Assembly (NCBI GenBank): GCA_963754875.1
Contig: CAVWHO010000016.1
Coordinates: 544,001-608,000, forward strand
Origin: Nitrospirota bacterium
GTDB taxonomy: Bacteria; Nitrospirota; UBA9217
Direction: 5' to 3'
Length of the DNA stretch: 64,000 bases
The notes below the pieces were generated by a model. The model was not told where the DNA came from, did not search any database, and saw only the letters and a program-made list of their open reading frames with translations. Positions 10,353 to 20,202 of the stretch are shown one piece after another (position 1 is the stretch's first letter; each line of letters starts with the position of its first letter). Made by a program: the position numbers and the translations under genes.

Positions 10353-12587
10353 TTACATGCTCTTGAACGGGTTCGGCCCGATCGCCCTCACCTTTTCTAC
10401 AAACTCGTTGATCATATCCGGGAGCTTTTCATATTCATTGATGGCGATCTGCATCAGCTGGACACGCTCGGATTCGAGCTGGAGCCTGTTCAAGGTCTCG
10501 CTGACCTTGCTGAAGCGGGTGTTCGCGAGTTCGCTGCCCTTGACGAAGTGGCACTGGTAGTTCTCGCCGTACTTGCAGCCGAGGAGGAGCATGCCGTCGA
10601 TGCCCTTCGAAAGCGCGTCGGCCACCCAGACGAGGTTCATGCCGCCGAGACAGCGCATGGAAACAAAACGCACTGCGGGGTCGATCTTCTTCCCGGCAAT
10701 GGCCGCCGTGTCGAGCGCGGGATAGGAATCGTTCTCGCACACCAGGCAGGCGATGCGGAACGTGTCTTCATCGTCCGGGACATCGATGGACTTGAGCATG
10801 GAGCCGACGATGTCGACGCTGTAGTCTTTGAAGGACACGATGCGTTCGGGGCAGGCACCCATGCAGGTACCGCAGCGGCGGCAGCGGTTGATATTGTACT
10901 TGGGGATCCCCTTCTCGTCCTCGTCAATGGCGCCGAAGGGGCATTCTTCCGTACACCGCTTGCAGGCCGTACATTTGATGAGCATCGGATCGGGGAACGT
11001 AACGTCCCAGGCCCGTGGATGCACGGCAACGCCGCGCGCCACATGGTCCATGGCCTGGATGGCTTTGAACGCCGCGCCGGCACCGTCTTCCATGGCTTCG
11101 GCCATATTCATCGGCTGATGCACGCTTCCTGCCGCGTAGACGCCGGTCCTGCGCGTCTCGTACTGAAAGCAGATAAAGTTCGAATCGGCGAAACCGGAGG
11201 CCCCTTCGAGAGTCGGGATTTCCGGGCCCTGCCGGTAGCCGAGGTTCAGGATATACTCAGGTTTCGGCGTCTGCTCGAGGTACGCTTTCTTGGAATCGTC
11301 GCCGCCAGAGGCGGCCTTGGTCAGGCCGTCGGCGTATTCCTGGGGCCACCGAGTGGTCGGTACCATGCCCGTGGCCAGGACCACGAGGTCCGCCTCCACT
11401 TTTACTTTCTCGCCGGTCCTGGTGCCGAAGAGCGTGTTCTCCATCTCGACAAACATGTTGCCGCCCACGGCTTCTGACACGCCGGTCACATCTGCCTTGC
11501 TGAGCATCACGCCGGGATTGTTCTGTGCTTCCTTGTAGTAGAGCTCCGTCCTGCCCGGCGTCCTGATGTCCTTATAGAAGATCATGGCAAGGGCATCCGG
11601 ATTCTGCCTCACATACTGCGCCTGTTTGAGCGACGTTGCGCAGCACATGGACGAGCAATAGGGAAGATGGTTAGGATCGCGCTGGCCCGCGCACTGGATG
11701 AAGGCGACCTTCAGGGCCGGCTTGCCGTCCGACGGACGGAGCAGCTTGCCGCCGTTTTTCTTCGCGATCTCCTCGAGCTCGAAGTTCGTAACAACGTTCT
11801 TAATCCTGCCGTAGCCGAGGTAGTCGAGCTTGTTCGCATCGTAGGGCTTCGAGCCCGTGGCCATGACGATCGAGCCGATTTTTACGGTCTCGTTGTTCGA
11901 AAGCGTCACGTCGTAGAGGCCCGGCTGGCCGTCGGTCTTGGCGATTGTCGTTGACTTGTATACTTTGATATTGGGGTTGCTTTCCACTTCGTTCACGGTT
12001 TTTGCAATATCCGTGTCCACGATCAGCGGTTTGTTGAAATAGGATCCCGTCGGGATCTTTTTATAGAGTTTGTTCAAGAAGCCGCCGAGCTGGGCGTCCT
12101 TCTCGACGAGCACGACCTTCTCTCCCGCGCCTGCTGCGGAGAGCGCAGCGGTCATGCCGGCGATACCGCCTCCGATCACCAGGATCGTCTTGTTCAGGTT
12201 CGGCAGGATGTTCGGCTCCGGCAGATCGCCCTTCTGGGTCTTGACAATGCCCATGTTCAGGTAATCATAAGCAGCATCGTTCGTCGCATCGGTGTTCGGC
12301 TCCATGGTCCAGGCAACGAACTCGCGGATGTTGACGCGTTCGACGATAGCACCGGGGAAATCGAACTCTTCGTACTTGACGCGGGGAGAGCAGGCGGCAA
12401 TGATGATCGTGTTCACGCCTTCTTTCGTCATGTCGTCTTTTATCAGCTGCACACCCTCGGGACTGCACAGGGCGTCGTGGAATTTGTAATTCTGGACCTT
12501 TTTGGCCGCGCCGGCGACTTTTTCTACGTCCATCGCCTCTTTAATGCCGCACCCCTTACAGATATATACGCCGAATTTCTTCTCCAT
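10353..12587 (-). CDS. qmoB: QmoB (HdrA-like FAD/FeS protein with an MvhD-like C-terminus)
   Basis: AACSP, GGGIAG, QCAGQRD...YCSSMCC, two 4Fe-4S motifs, CENDSYPA...GCKYGENYQCHF. Confidence 0.95.
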   Translation of the reverse strand: MEKKFGVYICKGCGIKEAMDVEKVAGAAKKVQNYKFHDALCSPEGVQLIKDDMTKEGVNTIIIAACSPRVKYEEFDFPGAIVERVNIREFVAWTMEPNTDATNDAAYDYLNMGIVKTQKGDLPEPNILPNLNKTILVIGGGIAGMTAALSAAGAGEKVVLVEKDAQLGGFLNKLYKKIPTGSYFNKPLIVDTDIAKTVNEVESNPNIKVYKSTTIAKTDGQPGLYDVTLSNNETVKIGSIVMATGSKPYDANKLDYLGYGRIKNVVTNFELEEIAKKNGGKLLRPSDGKPALKVAFIQCAGQRDPNHLPYCSSMCCATSLKQAQYVRQNPDALAMIFYKDIRTPGRTELYYKEAQNNPGVMLSKADVTGVSEAVGGNMFVEMENTLFGTRTGEKVKVEADLVVLATGMVPTTRWPQEYADGLTKAASGGDDSKKAYLEQTPKPEYILNLGYRQGPEIPTLEGASGFADSNFICFQYETRRTGVYAAGSVHQPMNMAEAMEDGAGAAFKAIQAMDHVARGVAVHPRAWDVTFPDPMLIKCTACKRCTEECPFGAIDEDEKGIPKYNINRCRRCGTCMGACPERIVSFKDYSVDIVGSMLKSIDVPDDEDTFRIACLVCENDSYPALDTAAIAGKKIDPAVRFVSMRCLGGMNLVWVADALSKGIDGMLLLGCKYGENYQCHFVKGSELANTRFSKVSETLNRLQLESERVQLMQIAINEYEKLPDMINEFVEKVRAIGPNPFKSM

Positions 12588-12589
12588 CC

Positions 12590-13840
12590 TTATTTCCTCC
12601 TCAAGCTCTGGATGCTCTTCATGACTACGCCGGTAGCATCCTGCGCTGACCGCGCAACGTCAACAGGGGTCTTGAGCGTCCCCGTCGCATAAATGCCCTT
12701 CGGGAGCGTTGCCTGGTCCACGAACCCGTCTTCGGTCGGCGTAATTCCCGCACCCTTGAAGGACTCTGTCGAAGGCTGCATGCCGGTGGCGAGCACGACC
12801 ATTTCGAAAGTCTCGGTTATCTTGCCGCCGCCGTGGATGTCCTCGGCAGTGACCTTCACGTCGCCGTTCTCTGCCTGCTCCACCTTGGCGACCTTACCCT
12901 TGAGAAAGGACACGTTCTGGTCTTCCTTGATCTTGGCATAAAACCGGTTCTCATAGAGCCCGGGGGTGCGCATGTCAATATAGAAGATCTTTGCCTTTGA
13001 GTCGGGATAGAGCTCGCGAACATACGTCGCCTGCTTGATCGAGGCCAGGCAGCAGATGTAGGAGCAATGGGCCAGATGGTTCTCGTCGCGAGAGCCCGCG
13101 CACTGCACGAAAGCGATGTTCTTGACTTCCTTGCCATCAGAGGGCCGAACGATCTTGCCGCGCGTTGGCCCGTTGGGAGCAGCCAGCCGCTCCATCATCA
13201 TGTTCGTCACAACGTTCTGGACCTTGCCGAATCCGAGGTTGTCCATCCTGGCGGCATCATAGGGGTTCCAGCCCGTGGCCATGACCACGGCGCCGACCTT
13301 CACATTTACGGTCTCCGGCTTCATGTTCAGGTGAATCGCATCGTATTTGCACGCCTCAACGCACTTTGCGCAGGAAGCGCCTTTACAGGTCTTCTCGTCG
13401 ATGACGTACTTGAGCGGGAAGGCCTGGTTATGGGGGAGATAGGCCGACTTGGTGGTGCTCATGCCGAAATCGAAATCATTTTTGCGCTCCACCGGGCAGG
13501 CTTCGGAGCACTTGTTGCAGCCCGTACATTTATCGTTCACAAACCGGGGTTTGATCTTGATGGTTACGTCGAAATTGCCCTCGGAACCGGAAACCTTCTC
13601 CACTTCGGCCATGGTGTAGATGGTCACATTGCCGTTGTTTTTGATGCGCTTATACTGGATCTCCAAACCGCAATTCGGGGGGCAGAGTTTCCAGAAGTAC
13701 TTATTCAGCTGCGTCACCCTGCCGCCAAGATAGGGGTTCTTTTCCACGAGAATGACCTCGGTGCCTGCTTCCGCGGCTTCCACTGCTGCCGTGAGGCCGC
13801 TGAAGCCTCCGCCGACAATCAACATCTTTTTTTCCGCCAT
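12590..13840 (-). CDS. qmoA: QmoA (HdrA-like flavoprotein)
   Basis: GGGFSG, KLCPPNCGLE, QCAGSRDENHLAHCSYICC; lies directly downstream of aprA. Confidence 0.95.
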   Translation of the reverse strand: MAEKKMLIVGGGFSGLTAAVEAAEAGTEVILVEKNPYLGGRVTQLNKYFWKLCPPNCGLEIQYKRIKNNGNVTIYTMAEVEKVSGSEGNFDVTIKIKPRFVNDKCTGCNKCSEACPVERKNDFDFGMSTTKSAYLPHNQAFPLKYVIDEKTCKGASCAKCVEACKYDAIHLNMKPETVNVKVGAVVMATGWNPYDAARMDNLGFGKVQNVVTNMMMERLAAPNGPTRGKIVRPSDGKEVKNIAFVQCAGSRDENHLAHCSYICCLASIKQATYVRELYPDSKAKIFYIDMRTPGLYENRFYAKIKEDQNVSFLKGKVAKVEQAENGDVKVTAEDIHGGGKITETFEMVVLATGMQPSTESFKGAGITPTEDGFVDQATLPKGIYATGTLKTPVDVARSAQDATGVVMKSIQSLRRK

Positions 13841-13879
13841 GGTATCTTATTCCTCCTTAAGGCAGTACCCACATCACTG

Positions 13880-13984
13880 ATTGCAAAATGCAGATTGGAA
13901 ATTGGAAATTTAAAATTTTAGCGCTGATGAAACAGGCTGGTCATTCAGATTAGAATTTAAAATTTACAATCTTCAATTTCCAAT
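13880..13984. repeat. Inverted arrays of a 7-bp unit (ATTGGAA-like)
   Basis: attgcaa aatgcag attggaa attggaa atttaaa ... tttaaaat ttacaat cttcaat ttccaat. Confidence 0.7.
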
Positions 13985-13989
13985 AAAAT

Positions 13990-14018
13990 CTCCGGGAAGG
14001 GCAAAGCCCTCCCCGGAG
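13990..14018 (-). terminator. Hairpin after aprA (partial terminator or mRNA stabiliser)
   Basis: ctccgggaagggc-aaa-gccctccccggag followed by AUUUUAUU on the minus strand. Confidence 0.6.
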
Positions 14019-14030
14019 TTGTGAATGTTC

Positions 14031-16049
14031 TTAATGACCAGAGCCATCCGGAACGAGCTGTACGTAGGGGACCTTCTTGACTTCCCAGGTGTCTTTCTCG
14101 ATGTCATACTTGGAGTTCACGAAAGCCTTCCAGTTGGTGTCGTCGACGAGATCGAAATCGCCGCGATAGTAGTAGCCGGGATACCGTGATTCTTCCCGGA
14201 ACAGGATGTGGCGTGCATGGGCCTCCACGGAGAGGATGCGGTGATAGTTCTCCCAGCAGCGCATCAGCTCGTGCAGGTTGCTCGCGGCCATCTTGCTCGT
14301 GTCTTCCTTCAGCATCTGGAGCTGTCTCAGACCCTCGTCGAGCATGGTCTTGGAGGTCATGTACCAGGTCGAAATGCCGCCAAAGTACTCGTCGGAGATC
14401 TTCTGCAGACGGGTCTGGAGCATCTTCGGCTTGATGTAGTTCGGGTTGATCTCTGGCGCCGTAGTGAAGGTCTTATGCTTCTCGTAGACCTCAAAGGGCA
14501 GATAGAGTTCGGCTGCCAGGTGGTCCGCCGTCTCTTTGATGGTCGGCGTGTAGTTCGGGTGGTCGAGGATGAACGCGATCGCGTTCTTTGCCGCAATACG
14601 TCCCTCTGCGTGCGAGCCTGAGGAGAACTTGTGGCCCGAGGCACCGCAGATGTCGCCGCACATGAACAGGCCGTTCACGGTCGACATGCGGTTGTAGCCC
14701 CAATGCCATTCCTTCGGCGCGCCGAGGTCATCGGGACCGGAGCACCAGAAGCCCGCGCAACCGGCATGCGAGCCGAGGAGATAAGGCTCGGTCGGCATAA
14801 TTTCTGACGGGATCTTGTCCGGCTCGACGTTCTTCGCGGCCCAGAGTCCTGCCTGGCCTATGGCCATATCGAGGAAGTCTTCCCAAGCTTCAGCCTCGAG
14901 GTGCTTCACTTTCTTGGCGCCCTCTTTATCACCGAGCTTTTCCTTGAAGTTCTTATTGATTGCAGCCATTGCTTCATCCGTCCTCATGAGGATCGGGCCT
15001 TTGCCCAGTTTCATGTCGCGCATCATGAGGTGGTTTCTGATGGCCGTGCCGAGGTTATCGACATACTTGCCGTATTTCGCTTTGGCTTCTGCCAGCGCGT
15101 CAGCCTTTGCGCAATAGTCCTCACCGAGACTGTTGGTCGCCTTGGCCTTGAAGAACAGGAACCAGGCGCCCACCGGGCCGTAACCGTCCTTGAAACGGGC
15201 GGGCACGAAGCGGTTTTCCATCATGGTGAGCTCTGCACCGGCCTGCAGGCCGAGAGCGTAGCCGGAACCGGAGTTCCACACCGGATACCATGCGCGGCCC
15301 TGACCTTCCTGGGTCGACCGGGGACGGAACACGTTCACCGCGCCGCCGGCTGCCAGCACCATGGCCTTGGCTTTGAACACATAGATTTTGTTCTCACGAA
15401 CGCTGAAGCCGGCCGCTGCTGCTACGCGATTCGGCTCCTTGGCATCCTTGTAGAGCTTCACGATGAACACGCGCTCGTAGTGGTTTGTCTTTTCGCCGGT
15501 GGCGGCACGGTTGGCCTCAAGTGCCTTCTTTGCGGCTTCCGCAACGATGACCTTGTAGGATTCGCCGTTGATCATGATCTGCCACTTGCCGGACCGGACC
15601 GGCTTGCCGCCGTCCTTCAGCATGGCCTTTCCTGCTTCCTTTGCCTGGAACCCGTCGAGGGAGAAGCCATCATCGCCCACTTTCCAGATCGGAAGGCCCC
15701 ACTCCTCGAAGAGCTGCACGGAATCATCGACGTGACGGCCGAGGTCATAAACCAGGTCCTCGCGGATGATGCCCATGAGGTCGTTGCGAACCATCTTCAC
15801 GTAGTCCGCCGGATCGTTCTCACCCATGTAGGTGTTGATGGCCGACAGACCCATGGCAACGGCGCCGGACCTGTCGGTCGCGGCCTTGTCCACCATAGTG
15901 ATCTTTATTTTCTTGGGGTTTGCCCAGCGTGCGCCTTCAAATGCCGCGCCGCAGCAGGCCATACCGCCGCCGATGAGGAGGAGATCGGTCGATACTTCTT
16001 CAATCGTCGGTTTCTTGCAGAATGAAAATGTACAGGTCTCTTTTTCCAT
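14031..16049 (-). CDS. aprA: Adenylylsulfate (APS) reductase alpha subunit
   Basis: GGGMACCG, RSGAVAMGLSAINTY, WQIMINGESYK, RFKDGYGPVGAWF, EPYLLGSH, SGHKFSSGS, REESRYPG. Confidence 0.99.
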   Translation of the reverse strand: MEKETCTFSFCKKPTIEEVSTDLLLIGGGMACCGAAFEGARWANPKKIKITMVDKAATDRSGAVAMGLSAINTYMGENDPADYVKMVRNDLMGIIREDLVYDLGRHVDDSVQLFEEWGLPIWKVGDDGFSLDGFQAKEAGKAMLKDGGKPVRSGKWQIMINGESYKVIVAEAAKKALEANRAATGEKTNHYERVFIVKLYKDAKEPNRVAAAAGFSVRENKIYVFKAKAMVLAAGGAVNVFRPRSTQEGQGRAWYPVWNSGSGYALGLQAGAELTMMENRFVPARFKDGYGPVGAWFLFFKAKATNSLGEDYCAKADALAEAKAKYGKYVDNLGTAIRNHLMMRDMKLGKGPILMRTDEAMAAINKNFKEKLGDKEGAKKVKHLEAEAWEDFLDMAIGQAGLWAAKNVEPDKIPSEIMPTEPYLLGSHAGCAGFWCSGPDDLGAPKEWHWGYNRMSTVNGLFMCGDICGASGHKFSSGSHAEGRIAAKNAIAFILDHPNYTPTIKETADHLAAELYLPFEVYEKHKTFTTAPEINPNYIKPKMLQTRLQKISDEYFGGISTWYMTSKTMLDEGLRQLQMLKEDTSKMAASNLHELMRCWENYHRILSVEAHARHILFREESRYPGYYYRGDFDLVDDTNWKAFVNSKYDIEKDTWEVKKVPYVQLVPDGSGH

Positions 16050-16062
16050 TAGTCGTTCCTCC

Positions 16063-16503
16063 TTATTTCTTGATTACCGGCATGGTCTTGCCAGCGCCCT
16101 GATGGGTGAAGTAGCCGGGCTTCTTGATATTCGCATGATTCGCTTCAGGCTTGCCCTTGTAGGGATCGACCGAGCCTTCAGCCGTGGTCCTGATCGGGAA
16201 CTTGAACCGCTTGAGGATCCCGTTCCGGAACTTGATGGTCCACATAATAGAGTCCGTACCCCTCATCGGGATCACGTTCGCACCCAGGGGGGCGAAATCC
16301 TGGTAGGCCCGGACCTCGATCGCCTGCTGCGGGCAGATCTTCACGCAATTGTAGCACTCCCAGCACTGATCGGGCTCCTGGTTGTAGGCCTTCATGAGAT
16401 CCCTGTTCAGGGTCATGAGGTCATTCGGGCAGATATACTGGCAAGCAGTCTTATCTTGCGCCTTGCAACCGTCACACTTCTCTGTAATCACATAACTCGG
16501 CAT
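16063..16503 (-). CDS. aprB: APS reductase beta subunit
   Basis: CDGCK...CQYICP, CWECYNCVKICP, KRFKFPIRTT. Confidence 0.99.
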   Translation of the reverse strand: MPSYVITEKCDGCKAQDKTACQYICPNDLMTLNRDLMKAYNQEPDQCWECYNCVKICPQQAIEVRAYQDFAPLGANVIPMRGTDSIMWTIKFRNGILKRFKFPIRTTAEGSVDPYKGKPEANHANIKKPGYFTHQGAGKTMPVIKK

Positions 16504-16569
16504 GTTTCTGAACCTCCTATCTGTAGAATGTATTAAACTGCTTTTGCAGTTGTACGCACTTCGGGACTA

Positions 16570-17811
16570 CTATCTTTTTTCCGTATGAGTGCCCTCGGCA
16601 TGGCCGTGGAGCTTGATCTCCACCTTCTCGGTGAGGCCGGCATAGTATTTCTTGAGGATCTCGAGCACTTCGGGACGGCTGAAATGATCGGGCACGTTCT
16701 CGCCCTCGGAGAGCATCTTCCGGAGCTTGGTGCCGGAGAGCATGAGCCGGTCTTCCTTGCCGTGGGGGCAAGTCCTCATGGAGGCCATGCCGTCGCACTT
16801 GAAACAATAGAACGTATGGTCGATCTTGAGCGGCTGGGTTTCGAGCGAGCCCTTCGGGATCTCGTCGAAGATTTTCTGTGCATCGAAGGGGCCGTAGTAG
16901 TCGCCCACGCCGGCATGGTCACGGCCGACAATCAGGTGGCTGCAGCCGAAATTCTGCCGGAACAAGGCATGCAGGAGCGCTTCACGCGGACCGGCATAAC
17001 GCATTTCCATGGGGTAGCCGCACTGGATGGCGGAGTCTTTCACGAAGTATTTCTCCATGAGCGTATCGATGGCGTTGGCGCGGACATCGGCCGGGATATC
17101 GCCCTCTTTGAGCTTGCCCAGGATCTGGTGGATCAGGACGCCGTCCATGGTCTCGATGGCGATCTTGGCGAGGTACTCGTGCGAGCGGTGCATGGGGTTC
17201 CGGGTCTGGAATGCCGCAATCGTGCTCCACCCCTTCTCCTCGAACATCTTCCGGGTCTGTGCCGGGGTCATGTAGATGCCCTTGAACGTCTCGGGGAAGT
17301 GGGCCTCGGACAGAACCTTTACCGGACCGGCCAGGTTATAATCAGGCTGATTCATGACCTTCTGCACGCCCGGGTGGCCTGCAACATCCACCGTACGGAA
17401 GATCTGCTTGCACTCATGCTCCTTGTCGGCCTTGGTCATGGCATACTTCTCGGTCACCTTCATGGTGGCCATGATCGTGCCCGACTCTTCATCAACGAGG
17501 GTGATCTCTTCGTTCTTTTTGAGCGAGCCGGCGAACTCCGCGTTTGCCGAGAGCGTCACCGGGACGGGCCAGAACGTGCCGTCAGCCAGCTTGTACTTGT
17601 CGCAGACGCCCTTCCAGTCCTTCTTCGTCATGAAACCCGTGAGCGGGGTGAATGCGCCGATACCCATCATCACGAGGTCTGCGGTCTCGCGCGAGGATAT
17701 CTTGAGCTGCTTCAGCTTTGCGGACTTCTTGAGCTCTTTCTGAAGGGCTCCGCCGGCGAGAAGAAGCGGCATGAGCTTCTTCTTTTTACCATGAGGTTTT
17801 ACCAGTGCCAT
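16570..17811 (-). CDS. sat: Sulfate adenylyltransferase
   Basis: [44 protein letters not shown]. Confidence 0.99.
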   Translation of the reverse strand: MALVKPHGKKKKLMPLLLAGGALQKELKKSAKLKQLKISSRETADLVMMGIGAFTPLTGFMTKKDWKGVCDKYKLADGTFWPVPVTLSANAEFAGSLKKNEEITLVDEESGTIMATMKVTEKYAMTKADKEHECKQIFRTVDVAGHPGVQKVMNQPDYNLAGPVKVLSEAHFPETFKGIYMTPAQTRKMFEEKGWSTIAAFQTRNPMHRSHEYLAKIAIETMDGVLIHQILGKLKEGDIPADVRANAIDTLMEKYFVKDSAIQCGYPMEMRYAGPREALLHALFRQNFGCSHLIVGRDHAGVGDYYGPFDAQKIFDEIPKGSLETQPLKIDHTFYCFKCDGMASMRTCPHGKEDRLMLSGTKLRKMLSEGENVPDHFSRPEVLEILKKYYAGLTEKVEIKLHGHAEGTHTEKR

Positions 17812-17884
17812 AACATGTTCCTCCTTAAAAAGAATTTAAATTTTGAATAGGTCCAATAGGTCGTAGAGGACCTATGATGATCCT

Positions 17885-18532
17885 TTATCCGAGAACAGCC
17901 GTCACTTTATGGAAAATATCGTTGATGCTGCCCACGCCCATGACGGTCTTCATGATGCTTTTTTTGGAGTAATAATCGATGAGCGGCGCGGTCTGCTGGG
18001 TGTACACTTCGAGCCGTTTTTTGATCGTCGCTTCCTTGTCATCGTCGCGCTGGAAGAGCTGGCCGCCGCACTTGTCGCAGGTCCCTTCTTTTTTCGGAGC
18101 TGAGAAATAAATATTGTACATCTGCTGGCAGCCTTTGCAGGTCCTGCGGCCGGTGAGGCGCTTCAGGAGGTCGTTCATATCAACATCGATGTTAAGAGCA
18201 ATGGTGAGGGGGGCACCCATGCCGGAGAGTATCTTGTCGAGTGCCTCGGCCTGGGCAGTGTTCCGCGGGAATCCGTCGAGGATAAAGCCGCCCTTGCAGT
18301 CAGGCTGTTTGATACGTTCTTCGACCAGGCCGAGAACGATCTTGTCCGACACGAGCCCGCCGGAGTCCATGATCACTTTTGCCTCTTTGCCGAGCGGTGT
18401 GCCGTCGGCTACTGCTTTGCGAAGGATATCGCCCGTGGAAATTTGCGGAATCTTGTACTTCTCGATCAACATCTTCGCTTGCGTGCCTTTACCGGCTCCG
18501 GGAGCTCCGAGCAGCACAACCCTCTTGGCCAT
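17885..18532 (-). CDS. adk: Adenylate kinase (Zn-lid type)
   Basis: GAPGAGKGTQA, STGDILR, GFILDGFPR, lid CxxC...CxxC. Confidence 0.98.
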   Translation of the reverse strand: MAKRVVLLGAPGAGKGTQAKMLIEKYKIPQISTGDILRKAVADGTPLGKEAKVIMDSGGLVSDKIVLGLVEERIKQPDCKGGFILDGFPRNTAQAEALDKILSGMGAPLTIALNIDVDMNDLLKRLTGRRTCKGCQQMYNIYFSAPKKEGTCDKCGGQLFQRDDDKEATIKKRLEVYTQQTAPLIDYYSKKSIMKTVMGVGSINDIFHKVTAVLG

Positions 18533-18690
18533 GGGGATAGTTCCTCCGTAGTTTAAAATATTTTAAGAATACACTGTTGAAGAAAGACTGCGGGCGCAAA
18601 TAAACCTTTCCCACGATTTAACCGGAGCTATATTCGTTTAAATCGGGTCAACTTTCAAGTTAATAATTATAATTTAAATATTAGTTTTGT

Positions 18691-19287
18691 TTATAAATGG
18701 AGGTGTGAATGGAGGAATTCGGCTAGTTTTTCAAGAGCTTTACCCCTGTGGCTAAGGCTGTCCTTCTCTTCGCCGGTCATCTCGGCAAAGGTGTTTTTTT
18801 TGTTCTCCGGGATAAAGACCGGATCATACCCGAAACCGGTTTTCCCCTTTGGTTCATGGGCGATGCAACCTTTTGCATATCCGGTAAAAGTTTTTGTCGC
18901 GCCACCAGGAAAGGCGAGGGCCATGCAACAAACGAACTGGGCCCGTCTTTTTTCGTCCGGAACGTTCTTGAGTTCGGTAAGCAGTTTTTCATAGTTTTTG
19001 ACATCGTTACCGCTGCCGCCTGCATAGCGGGCTGAGTAGACCCCCGGTGCGCCGTTTAAGGCATCGACTTCAAGGCCCGAGTCATCGGCAAGGGCGGCTT
19101 TGCCTGTACACTGGCAAACTTCAACGGCTTTTTTGACTGCATTTCCTTCAAAGGTGTCTCTGTCCTCGACGGTCTCCGGACAATCGGGGAAATTGTCGAG
19201 CGAGAGAATAGTGATGGGAAGACCAGCGGTGATCCGCTTGATCTCTTCGATCTTTTTTTTATTGCGAGTGGCGAGAACGATTTCCAT
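18691..19287 (-). CDS. rdgB: XTP/dITP diphosphatase (Ham1/RdgB)
   Basis: [47 protein letters not shown]. Confidence 0.96.
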   Translation of the reverse strand: MEIVLATRNKKKIEEIKRITAGLPITILSLDNFPDCPETVEDRDTFEGNAVKKAVEVCQCTGKAALADDSGLEVDALNGAPGVYSARYAGGSGNDVKNYEKLLTELKNVPDEKRRAQFVCCMALAFPGGATKTFTGYAKGCIAHEPKGKTGFGYDPVFIPENKKNTFAEMTGEEKDSLSHRGKALEKLAEFLHSHLHL

Positions 19288-19475
19288 GGAATGAGTTATT
19301 TCCCTATCCCTGTCTATTGATGACTTTCTCGGAGTCGCGGAGACGCTACCCTATCATAAAAAATGAGGATTTGCAATGGAAGCAATACTATGCAGCACAG
19401 AATGTGCTTTGGCTTCTTAAACATCTTCACACGGCAATACCCATGCGGCGCTGTCGGCGCTCAGGAGCGAAACCT

Positions 19476-19922
19476 TCAGGGCCCTTCCTTCCCGATATCT
19501 TCGAACCAGAGCTCCGGTTCGGTCTGGATAAATTCCATCATAAGCATCATGCACCGCGTGTCCTGCCGTACTTCGACTGAGACACCTCGGCTTTTGAGCA
19601 GGGCTTCTTCACCCTTGAAGGACATGTTTTCTCCGATGACCACGCGCGGAATACCGTACAGCAGGATCGCTCCAGTGCACATGGAGCAGGGCGACAAGGT
19701 CGTATAGAGCGTCGAGTCGCGATAGATGGCCGGCAAGAGCCGCCCTGCATTTTCGAGGGCATCCATCTCTGCGTGGAGGATCGCACTTTCCTTTTGCACT
19801 CGTCGGTTATGGCCTCGGCCGAGGATTTGGCCTTTGTAGACAAGGACCGAACCGATTGGGATGCCCCCCTCACTCTTTCCGGCTTCGGCCTCTTCTATCG
19901 CTGCTGCCATGAACTCGTCCAT
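19476..19922 (-). CDS. Zn-dependent nucleoside/cytosine deaminase
   Basis: EGGIPIGSVL, HAEMDALE, SPCSMC. Confidence 0.92.
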   Translation of the reverse strand: MDEFMAAAIEEAEAGKSEGGIPIGSVLVYKGQILGRGHNRRVQKESAILHAEMDALENAGRLLPAIYRDSTLYTTLSPCSMCTGAILLYGIPRVVIGENMSFKGEEALLKSRGVSVEVRQDTRCMMLMMEFIQTEPELWFEDIGKEGP

Positions 19923-20055
19923 GATCGCTCCCGGAGATAAGACAAATAAAATTTGTTGCATTAGATACTAAGGTCTATTTCGTTTGAGCCGCTCAAAGCG
20001 TGAACCGATTAAACCAGTATCCTAACCCGGATAAACCGGAACTAAAATCCTGGAA

Positions 20056-20149
20056 CCGCCACGGCGCGAAGGCCGCGAAGGAGTGCTTAAGATTCCTCGG
20101 TTAAATACCAGGGTTAAAGATTTCCTTTGCGTCCCTAGCGGCTTCGCGG
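20056..20149. repeat. Intergenic palindromic element with 9-bp-periodic arms
   Basis: ccgccacggcgcgaaggccgcgaagg ... cctttgcgtccctagcggcttcgcgg. Confidence 0.55.
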
Positions 20150-20202
20150 CAAATATTCCTTCCATTTTGAGAAGTCTTTGACTCATAACTCACATCCACT
20201 TG

